A stretch of DNA of 51,645 nucleotides from Candidatus Nanoarchaeia archaeon. Lineage in GTDB: Archaea > Nanobdellota > Nanobdellia > Woesearchaeales > SKGA01. Of this stretch, positions 44,907 through 51,645 are shown in pieces. The notes under the pieces are model-generated. The model ran no database searches. It was given only the letters and a program-made list of their open reading frames with translations, and was not told the DNA's origin. Where the stretch lies: positions 1-51,645 of the forward strand of contig JAQUYS010000002.1 of NCBI GenBank assembly GCA_028691765.1, read 5' to 3'. Positions within the stretch are counted from its first letter, which is position 1, and every line of letters begins with the position of its first letter. Position numbers and translations under genes: made by a program.

Positions 44907-45925
44907 TTTAGTTTTGTTGGGATTTCTTCTAAATCACAAAAGCTTGTTGTAAAATTATATGCTCCTGCATTTAAGAATGTTATGGTATCTCCTACTTTGG
45001 GATTGTTTAGATATACTTTGTATCTGAAGAGATCCAATGAACATGGTGTGAGTCCTTTTATGATGTAATGATTTCCCGTTTCTTGTTCTCCTTTTACTAG
45101 TAATTTTACAGGTACTATTAAGGCGTCCATGTCTGAATTATATACTGAAGCGTTAACTATTATGGTGTTGCTGTGTATTGCGATTATTTGTGTGTGTAGT
45201 TTGACTGCCGGAGCGGATATGTATCTTCCGGGTTCAATCATTAGTTCTATGTTGTTTTTATTTAGGAACGATTTTAATTCTTGGATTTTTTTAAATATTG
45301 AATCAAATACTTTTATGTTTGTGTTGGCGTATTCTGAAGGAAGTCCTCCTCCTATGTTTAATATGTCTATGTTGTTAAATATTTCTTGGGAAAAGGTGTT
45401 TTGAAGTTCATAGGCTAAATTCCACTCAGCCATGTTTTGTGTTTTTCTGTGAAAATGTATTCCTAGTTTGTCTATATTTTTGTGATTTTTTAATTCTTGG
45501 ATTTTTTGTGAGATTATGTTTGATTCCATTCCAAATACGTAATATTTTTCGGTTTTTATTGTGTTTTCTTTTAATTTCATTCTTAATAGAAGTTGTATTT
45601 TGATGTTTGTTGAGGTTATGTATTGAATTAGAATTTTTAAATCTGTTTCGTTGTCGACTATGAATTTTGTAATATTTTGTGTTGTTAGTTGGTTTAATTC
45701 TTCTTGGTTTGTTCCTTGTTATAGAAATATAACTCTTGATTTATCTTTTATGTGTTTTAACTCGTTTTTGAAGTGTATGCTAAATTGTGAGTTTGTATTT
45801 TCTTCTAATATTGGGGTGATTAGAGGATTTGTTTTGGAAGAATATGATATCTTATCTACATATGGTTCTAAATATTTGTATTGGTCTAAAATTATTTTTT
45901 TGGAAAGTTCGAAATAAGGAGTCAT
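44903..45925 (-). pseudogene. PLP-dependent Orn/Arg/DAP-family (group IV) decarboxylase interrupted by one in-frame TAA (45719-45721)
   Basis: ORFs 45719..45925 and 44903..45580 are in the same frame. My hand translation of 45718-45581 is open (QGTNQEELNQLTTQNITKFIVDNETDLKILIQYITSTNIKIQLLLR). The joined 340-aa product carries SYSSKTNP (PLP Lys), GIHFH, GGGLP, EPGRY, TPCSLDLF, AGAY. Confidence 0.8.
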
Positions 45926-46854
45926 AGTAAATTTTCCTCTTCTAATTCATCTAATGCAGCAATCATTGCTAAGGGGAATGTTATGGTTACGTCTCCTATG
46001 ACTGTGGCTATATCGCTTTCGTCTTTGACTTTTCCCCAAGATTTAGCTTCTTTGGTTGTAGCTCCTGACATTGACCCGCTTGATGAATGTGCTGTTGTCA
46101 TGTAAACTGCAAAATTTGCTCCTCCGTTTAGAAGTGTTGCTAGGATTGCATGATGTTTGGATATTGAACCACCTAGAGCGATGATTCCTTTTTTTTCATC
46201 GTGTGTTGTAGTGAAGAGAATATTTCCAAAATCTTTTATGGGGTCGATTATGAAATCTTTATGTTTTTGTTGGTATAAGTATAAATGAAATCCGAATGCT
46301 CCGTCTGTTATTGAAGGGCAGAATATTGGCACGTTGTTTTTTGCTGCTTGATATAATATTGAGTTTTCGTCGTTTAGTAAAAATCCCATTTCTTTTAATA
46401 ATTCTGAGGGGGTCCAGATGGATTGTTTTTGATGAAGTTTATCTAACATAGGGAGGATAAGGTCTTCAAATTTCATGTAACTTTCGTTATTTATAGTTAG
46501 GTTTCCTACTCGGTTTATTCCTTTTTCGTGTAATTCTACGTCATCTGCTTGAAATGATGCGATTGTAAATTGTTCTCCATTTGCTTTCATTATATCTTCT
46601 TCTATTCCGCCTACGGTTGTGACGATTACTGAAGGTATTTTTAATGAGATTAATTGTGCGAAGAAGCCTCTTAAGCCACTTGTTACCATATTGGATGTGA
46701 AGGTTAGGAATATTTTTGCAGATTCCTTTTTCATTTTTACTATAACTTCTTTTGCATTGTTTAATTCTATACTTTGATAGCCTAGATTTTGGAATGAATT
46801 TACTAGGTCTTTTACTTTCATATCTTTTTTATATTTTAAATCTTTAACGAACAT
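45922..46854 (-). CDS. dys: Deoxyhypusine synthase
   Basis: 310 aa. FLTFTSNMVTSGLRG, SVIVTTVGGIEEDI, GGSISKHH, TTAHSSSGSMSGA. Its stop overlaps the decarboxylase ATG (atga). Confidence 0.92.
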   Translation of the reverse strand: MFVKDLKYKKDMKVKDLVNSFQNLGYQSIELNNAKEVIVKMKKESAKIFLTFTSNMVTSGLRGFFAQLISLKIPSVIVTTVGGIEEDIMKANGEQFTIASFQADDVELHEKGINRVGNLTINNESYMKFEDLILPMLDKLHQKQSIWTPSELLKEMGFLLNDENSILYQAAKNNVPIFCPSITDGAFGFHLYLYQQKHKDFIIDPIKDFGNILFTTTHDEKKGIIALGGSISKHHAILATLLNGGANFAVYMTTAHSSSGSMSGATTKEAKSWGKVKDESDIATVIGDVTITFPLAMIAALDELEEENLL

Positions 46855-46982
46855 ATTGGTTACCTCGGGTTTTAAAAAATTGAATTATGAACTAGTTGGA
46901 ATAGAATTAACTTGACATCTTTACTCTGTTGTCTTGGTATGTGTTCATATTGTTGAGAATGGGTTTATGTTTATAAATATAT

Positions 46983-47396
46983 TTAAATCAAATCTTCAGG
47001 TTTAAAATGAGGATGAATATCTTTTAATTGGTTGAAGTGTTTATCTCGCGTAATTAATATTGCATTATTATCTCTTGCAACGATTGCGTGTAAAACATCT
47101 CCTGTTGGTAAATTTCTTTCTTTTGCAATTAATTTTGCTTGTTGTTTTTGTTTTTCAGAAATATTTATTTTTATTAGATTATTTTTGAAAGGAGTCATCA
47201 TACCATTTATTTCGGAAGTTGAATATCTTGTACTAAGTTCTTCCATTAAAAGAGTTGTAATTAATAAGGGGTATTGTTTTAATTTAATTAGAATGAATAA
47301 TTTAGTTGCGAAAATCCACAAAGGTTCATTTTTGTAACCTTTTCTTTCTTCAATTAAATCCATCCAAATTGATGTGTCAATATAGTACGCATTCAT
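46983..47396 (-). CDS. PIN-domain protein (VapC-like ribonuclease)
   Basis: YYIDTSIW (first Asp), LLMEEL (Glu), GDVLHAIVARDNNAILITRDKHF (distal Asp residues). 137 aa. Confidence 0.75.
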   Translation of the reverse strand: MNAYYIDTSIWMDLIEERKGYKNEPLWIFATKLFILIKLKQYPLLITTLLMEELSTRYSTSEINGMMTPFKNNLIKINISEKQKQQAKLIAKERNLPTGDVLHAIVARDNNAILITRDKHFNQLKDIHPHFKPEDLI

Positions 47397-47415
47397 AATT
47401 TAATGGTTTAATTCT

Positions 47416-47459
47416 ACTGGTTAATATAATGATTTGAAGAATTTCCGTAAATTTTCCGG
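47416..47459 (-). promoter_or_regulatory. Conserved promoter/operator block (second copy) upstream of the PIN gene
   Basis: actggttaatataatgatttgaagaatttccgtaaattttccgg. See 31701-31744. The core gaagaatttccg(g/t)aaa(g/t)tttccgg is 22/24 identical. Confidence 0.5.
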
Positions 47460-47506
47460 ATAGCGTATAGAAATATTTATATATACATTGTATATACTAT
47501 GGATAT

Positions 47507-47755
47507 ATGGTGACTGAAATGATAAGTTTGAAGCTAGAAGGAAACTTTTTGAAAGAGATTGATAAGGTTGTTCAAAAAGAAAATTATCACAATAGAACTG
47601 AATTCATTCGAAATGCTTTGAGAGAGAAAATAGATAAAGAAAAATATAAAGAAGCAATGGAAGAGATTAAAAAATCCATATTAGGAAAAGCTAAACGAAA
47701 AACTACTGAAGAAGAATATGAATATATGCGAGAAAATGCATATAAATTAATTTAA
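47507..47755 (+). CDS. Ribbon-helix-helix (CopG-like) protein, divergent from the PIN gene
   Basis: MISLKLEGNFLKEIDKVVQKENYHNRTEFIRNALREKI shows the beta-strand/helix/helix pattern of RHH_1. Confidence 0.7.
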   Translation: MVTEMISLKLEGNFLKEIDKVVQKENYHNRTEFIRNALREKIDKEKYKEAMEEIKKSILGKAKRKTTEEEYEYMRENAYKLI

Positions 47756-48112
47756 ATCATAATTCCAGAACCCTAGTTTTCCGTTGATTTCTATTGGTTG
47801 TATTCTTTGGGGATTTTTTAGAATGAATCCGTACTTTCCCCAAGAGGAAGTTGCTTTGTGTTTATCTTGGTCTAAAGTGAAGTCGTTTGTTTCTTCGTAA
47901 TTTTTTATGTTTGTGAGGGTTATTTTTCCTAGAATTTTTCCTGTTGGGAGATTTTCGTAGTTGAATTTTTTCATAGCTTCTTTATCTGGTGTTTTTGAGG
48001 CATGAATTAAGAATTCTCCTCTAAATTTTGTATTCCAAGTTCTGAGTTCAATGGTTTTCTTACCTGAGAGAATTAGTTCAACGTAAGGTTGTTTTATAGA
48101 TAAAACCTTCAT
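47747..48112 (-). CDS. ASCH (PUA-like) domain protein
   Basis: MKVLSIKQPYVELILSGKKTIELRTWNTKFRGEFLIHASK is the typical ASCH N-terminus. 121 aa. Confidence 0.8.
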   Translation of the reverse strand: MKVLSIKQPYVELILSGKKTIELRTWNTKFRGEFLIHASKTPDKEAMKKFNYENLPTGKILGKITLTNIKNYEETNDFTLDQDKHKATSSWGKYGFILKNPQRIQPIEINGKLGFWNYDLN

Positions 48113-48155
48113 GTATGAAGGTGTTTAATCTAATTTATAAAATTAATTAAAAAAA

Positions 48156-48482
48156 TTATTCTGTTAGTAAATCTAGAATTTTATCTAATTTTCGATTGAT
48201 TTCTTTTAGGTCATCATTAGAATCATTTCTTGATGGTCTTGATGGTCCTTCTTTTCTAAAACAATCGCTACACAAAACTGGTTTTTCACCTGTTGGTTTG
48301 AATGGAAGTTCGCATCTTGAACCGCATTTATCGCATGTTGCTATATGTTTCTCAAAACTTCCTCTACCGCCACTACTTGGTCTACCTCTACCTGAGCTTC
48401 TTTCGCTACTTCTACTACTTGAGCCGTACTCACTTCTACTTCTTCCGGAACTTCGTCCAGAACTTCTACCTTCGAATGCCAT
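48156..48482 (-). CDS. CxxC-x17-CxxC zinc-ribbon protein with an Arg/Ser/Gly-rich N-terminus
   Basis: CDKCGSRCELPFKPTGEKPVLCSDCF preceded by GRSSGRSSGRSRSEYGSSSRSSERSSGRGRPSSGGRG. The GC-richer codons are explained by the low-complexity region. Confidence 0.75.
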   Translation of the reverse strand: MAFEGRSSGRSSGRSRSEYGSSSRSSERSSGRGRPSSGGRGSFEKHIATCDKCGSRCELPFKPTGEKPVLCSDCFRKEGPSRPSRNDSNDDLKEINRKLDKILDLLTE

Positions 48483-48544
48483 TTTTTACCTTGTGGCTTT
48501 ATTAAGCCTAAAGGGAATCCGTTTGTGTGTATATAAAGGTATGT

Positions 48545-48706
48545 TTAAATTTGACCTGTTTGGTTGTATTTTTCCATGAATTTTTCTACAACTACATTTG
48601 GAGCAAATCCTTTTTTTGAGCATGCTCTGACGAAATTGTCGTAAATTTCTTTATCTATTCCATATTTGATTTCAACTTTTGCTTGTTTTTTTAGACTTGC
48701 AGCCAT
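48545..48706 (-). CDS. Possible small RHH-like protein (53 aa)
   Basis: MAASLKKQAKVEIKYGIDKEIYDNFVRACSKKGFAPNVVVEKFMEKYNQTGQI has a strand-helix-helix pattern. Below the ORF-track cut-off. Confidence 0.4.
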   Translation of the reverse strand: MAASLKKQAKVEIKYGIDKEIYDNFVRACSKKGFAPNVVVEKFMEKYNQTGQI

Positions 48707-48772
48707 AAGATCACCTTATAGAGTTAGTTTGATTGTATTTATAAGGTTAATTGAATTATTTTGTTAAGAAAT

Positions 48773-49801
48773 TTATTTGTTGACTTGTGCATTTATGTCT
48801 GCTATTGTAGTTTGAATTTTTTCCATTAGGTTCTGTTGTCTTGTTATTTGCAATTTGTTATAATTGATGAATTTATCAATTCCTTTTTGCATTATGGTTT
48901 TCAGAGCTTCTTCTATGTTTGTTTGTATTAGTTTTCGTTCTTCCACCAACTGATTTAGAACACTTATATTGCAAGTTCCTCTAAAATACTCTTCTGTGTG
49001 TTCTGTGTACGTTTGCTTTATTTTAAAATAATCTCGCATATCTGAATCAAATGAATAATAAAAGGTATCAATTAATTTTTTATATTCTCTCGCGAACAAA
49101 TGTTGAATTAATATTTTCTCATTTAGATTTTCTGTTTTTATTACTTCTGCCACATATTCTCTAGGTCCCCTTTCTTCATCGAAAGAAATATCGGGATGGT
49201 ATAATCTTGAGACACCTTCAGGAGTCACAAATCCGAATTGAAATTTGTCATTTACAAAACTATCTAATGAGCCATAACGCTCTAAATCATAAAACGAACT
49301 GAATGATTCAACTAAATCGAATTTATTTGGATCTTTACCTAGTTTCTTGGAACATCTACGGAATTCATCCGCATAAATTGAACCGGAACCGTCGAAAATA
49401 ATTTCTTCTCGTTCAACAAAATTGTGTTCTTTACTTACTGCTATTCTATATAGGAGAGGTTGCCCTGTTTCATGATGCCCTCCGACAAGAAATATTGCTG
49501 TTGAACCGCAAATATTTTTTTCTTTGGCTTTTTCAAATAATTCGTACACAAAATGATTTACTGGTTGAGGGTTGTTTGTTACTGAATTTATTGCTGTTTT
49601 TGCTAGATTTGGATTTCCGGCAATTACAACCAAGTTGTCGCCTTTATTATATAATTTTTGAACAGAATCATATTTTGTAGAGGTTTCTTCGACAGAACCC
49701 ATGCTATCTGCGATTAGAAATATTTTGTCTCTGAAGCACATTCCCCCTATGTTTGTCATAAATGGTGAAAATTTGTTTAGATTTATAAATCTTTTCATCA
49801 C
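48773..49801 (-). CDS. Divergent proteasome-beta-like (Ntn-hydrolase fold) protein with a ~140-aa helical C-terminal extension
   Basis: MMKRFINLNKFSPFM|TNIGGMCFRDKIFLIADS...VQKLY...LVVIAGNPN...IFLVGGHHETGQPLLYRI...IIFDGSGSIYA parallels the window's own PsmB: TTTIGIVCKDCVILAADT...DKVIP...AVTTAGSVS...HFLVAGADNYGLHLYDI...FKSTGSGSTFA. The track start 49801 is GTG; ATG is at 49798. Confidence 0.6.
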   Translation of the reverse strand: MMKRFINLNKFSPFMTNIGGMCFRDKIFLIADSMGSVEETSTKYDSVQKLYNKGDNLVVIAGNPNLAKTAINSVTNNPQPVNHFVYELFEKAKEKNICGSTAIFLVGGHHETGQPLLYRIAVSKEHNFVEREEIIFDGSGSIYADEFRRCSKKLGKDPNKFDLVESFSSFYDLERYGSLDSFVNDKFQFGFVTPEGVSRLYHPDISFDEERGPREYVAEVIKTENLNEKILIQHLFAREYKKLIDTFYYSFDSDMRDYFKIKQTYTEHTEEYFRGTCNISVLNQLVEERKLIQTNIEEALKTIMQKGIDKFINYNKLQITRQQNLMEKIQTTIADINAQVNK

Positions 49802-49891
49802 TTATGAGTGATATTAAAAGTTTAATAAATTTCTACTTCTTTTTGATATTCATATTTGTTTTATTCTATTGTAGGCATTTTCATATTCTTG

Positions 49892-49909
49892 TAAGATTTC
49901 CGGAAATTG
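49892..49909 (-). promoter_or_regulatory. Third TTTCCGGAAA palindrome (atttccggaaat) in the long spacer upstream of the proteasome-like gene
   Basis: taagatttccggaaattg is about 94 nt upstream of ATG 49798. It shares only the palindrome core with 31721-31744 and 47436-47459. Confidence 0.3.
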
Positions 49910-50058
49910 TTGAGGCGATTTTACATATGGAATTTTACCTCAAGCTAATGTGGAACCTGCTAAAGAATCGCTGAATAATTCAAAAATTTTCTTTAAACAC
50001 ACATATAATGTGCTTAATTGAAAAATGGAATTCTAATTGAACTTAAATGGATTAGGAC

Positions 50059-51348
50059 TTAAACCATCAAATATTTATATAATGGTATAATTTTTATTTT
50101 CTTGTTTTCAACAATTAATTCGTCTTCTTCGTCTAAGGTTAGTATAATTCCTTCTTTTAATTTATATTCACTCATCGCTTCTAACAATCCATTAATTTCT
50201 CTTTGTTTGGTTTTTGTATCTTTTAAATTCTCGCATACTTGTATTGCTTCTTTTATTTTCAAACCTTCTCTTATTACAAAATCACATTCGAATTTATTTT
50301 TGTGATAATAAATATCTTTTCCATTTGATTTAAATTGAAGAAAAACCACATTTTCAATAATTCTTCCTAAATCTTTAGAAAAGGAAAATGCCAAGGTGTT
50401 TCTTAAGCCGGTATCAATAAAATATATTTTTCTTGGTGTTTGTATTTGTATTGTTTCTTTTACAGAATAAGAATATTTTTTCAATTGAAAAACAAGATAT
50501 GCATTTTCCATTTGATTTAAATATTCTTTTACAGAATCTACTGAAATGCCTAATGCTTTTGAAATTTTATTGTAGCTAAATAAGGTTCCTATGTTTGTTG
50601 AACAAAATAAACCTAGATCGTTTAATTTTGATTCTTCTTTTATTTTTCCTAAAGATAATATATCTCTAAATAAGATTCCTTCATAATAATCCCTGTGTCT
50701 TTTTTCATTTATTACTTGATTCTCTTCTTTTACTACTTCAGGAAATCCACCAAATTGAATAAAATTTTGGAAGTTATGTTTTAATTCTTCTATGTTTGAG
50801 CTGGAAATATTTATATTTTTGAATTTTAAATATTCTTTGAAATCTACAGGAAATACTTCTATGTGAAAAATCCTTCCTGTAAGTAATGTGGCTGTATTTG
50901 ATTTGAGCAAAGAATTATTTGAACCAGTTAAAATAAATTTAATATTCGGGTTGGTATCGTAAATTGCTTTTATTTGATTGTGCCAATTGTCGATTACTTG
51001 TATTTCATCTAAAAATAGATAAATTTTATTTTTTGGATTGGTTATTTCTTTAAATGTTGATAGAATATTTTCGATGGTTTTCAAACTATTTTCTATTGGA
51101 ACATCAAAATTAAAATAACAAATATTTTCTTTAGGAACTTTGTTTTTTAACAATTTATTGATTAATTGGTACATAATTGTAGATTTTCCTGATCTTCTAA
51201 CTCCCGTTAATAAAATAATCTCTTTTGAAGAAAGATATGTGGATATTTTGTTAAGATATGTTTCTCGATTTATGCCTAAAAAATTTTCTGAAATAGTTCC
51301 TTCAAAAGTCCAAGGATTTAATTTTTGAATTGTTTGTTTTAGTGTCAT
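50059..51348 (-). CDS. AAA+ ATPase of the AAA_14/DUF4143 type
   Basis: Walker A LTGVRRSGKST, Walker B IYLFLDEIQ, LLTGRIFHIEVFPVDFKEY, and a C-terminal DUF4143-like region ending with the nuclease-like ECDFVI. Confidence 0.8.
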   Translation of the reverse strand: MTLKQTIQKLNPWTFEGTISENFLGINRETYLNKISTYLSSKEIILLTGVRRSGKSTIMYQLINKLLKNKVPKENICYFNFDVPIENSLKTIENILSTFKEITNPKNKIYLFLDEIQVIDNWHNQIKAIYDTNPNIKFILTGSNNSLLKSNTATLLTGRIFHIEVFPVDFKEYLKFKNINISSSNIEELKHNFQNFIQFGGFPEVVKEENQVINEKRHRDYYEGILFRDILSLGKIKEESKLNDLGLFCSTNIGTLFSYNKISKALGISVDSVKEYLNQMENAYLVFQLKKYSYSVKETIQIQTPRKIYFIDTGLRNTLAFSFSKDLGRIIENVVFLQFKSNGKDIYYHKNKFECDFVIREGLKIKEAIQVCENLKDTKTKQREINGLLEAMSEYKLKEGIILTLDEEDELIVENKKIKIIPLYKYLMV

Positions 51349-51381
51349 TATGTTGGTTATGTTGGTTTATTTATAAAGCCT

Positions 51382-51434
51382 TCGATTTGAATCGAAGGTT
51401 TAGGTGTAAAACTGTCGATTTGAATCGAAGGTTT
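51382..51434. repeat. Two 20-nt direct repeats (tcgatttgaatcgaaggttt), the first within a perfect 7-bp hairpin, just upstream of the ATPase TATA region
   Basis: Copies at 51382-51401 and 51415-51434. ccttcga-tttgaa-tcgaagg forms a hairpin. A TATA-like tttataaata (minus strand) lies at about 51365-51378, 17-30 nt from start 51348. Confidence 0.6.
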
Positions 51435-51645
51435 GGATTTATTTACGATGGTTTAGTTGGTTTTAATTATTTGCAATGTGCTTTTGAGATTTTCTTTATA
51501 AAGGAAGTCAATATGATGACAAAAAGTCTGGAAAATATGGCATTATAATGCAAATATTTGTAAATTTTATTGCATCGTAGTGCAAAAAACCTTTTTAGTT
51601 CATTGGAAATTTTGATGGTGTTTTAGTTGTTACTGCTCAGTGGTT

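Noticed and set aside
45719-45721. Genome-wide reassignment of TAA as a sense codon
   Set aside because: TAA clearly terminates many well-delimited genes in this window at the expected protein length (rhomboid, infB, psmB, gatD and others).
49802-50058. Coding potential in the 257-nt spacer. On the minus strand: ...KKIFELFSDSLAGSTLA*GKIPYVKSPQQFPEILQEYENAYNRIKQI*. On the plus strand: a 57-aa ORF from 49804.
   Set aside because: The minus-strand reading has no start codon and an internal TGA. The plus-strand ORF is antisense-like, hydrophobic and low-complexity. It could be a decayed gene remnant, but this cannot be supported from sequence alone.
51379-51400. tRNA T-arm-like hairpin (ccttcga tttgaa tcgaagg)
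   Set aside because: The loop is 6 nt on either strand, and no acceptor, D or anticodon arms flank it. The element is repeated as a half-site, so it is more likely an operator or terminator.
1-51645. Mobile genetic element (IS, transposon, provirus) or rRNA operon
   Set aside because: I recognised no transposase, integrase, capsid/terminase-like genes or long terminal inverted repeats. No rRNA-like long GC-rich tract is present either. The duplications found are short and local.

Overview
Strongly AT-rich, gene-dense archaeal chromosomal segment with short spacers and many 4-25 nt gene overlaps. The core genes are archaeal: aIF5B, family-B DNA polymerase, aCPSF1, proteasome beta, DEAD-box helicase, archaeal-type ProRS, GatD/GatE, TruD, adenylate and cytidylate kinases, and a deoxyhypusine synthase/decarboxylase/agmatinase operon. 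Together with the compact layout this fits a small-genome DPANN-like archaeon (inference). Accessory content: a 7-gene type IV pilus/Tad-like operon (5744-12443), two paralogous HEPN-MNT modules, and a radical-SAM gene followed by two paralogous unknowns. There is also a giant surface protein (ice-binding-like fold, Ig repeats, cytoplasmic tail) and a terminal island (46983-51348) holding PIN, RHH, ASCH, zinc-ribbon, a proteasome-beta-like protein and an AAA ATPase. No rRNA, cas genes, integrase or transposase were recognised. The findings I rate highest are: (1) a tRNA-Arg(CCU) gene split by three introns; (2) a short GC-rich motif family shared by those introns, a duplicated infB 3' spacer and possibly a pilus-operon gene; (3) 14-nt tandem repeats kept in frame only because there are three copies; (4) an orphan, divergent proteasome-beta-like protein beside an AAA ATPase; (5) a 44-nt conserved promoter/operator with a TTTCCGGAAA palindrome in front of two toxin-antitoxin-type genes; (6) a single in-frame TAA in the decarboxylase of the otherwise tightly coupled hypusine/polyamine operon; (7) partial copies of tRNA 3' ends just downstream of two tRNA genes. 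All protein calls rest on motif recognition by eye. No database search was run.
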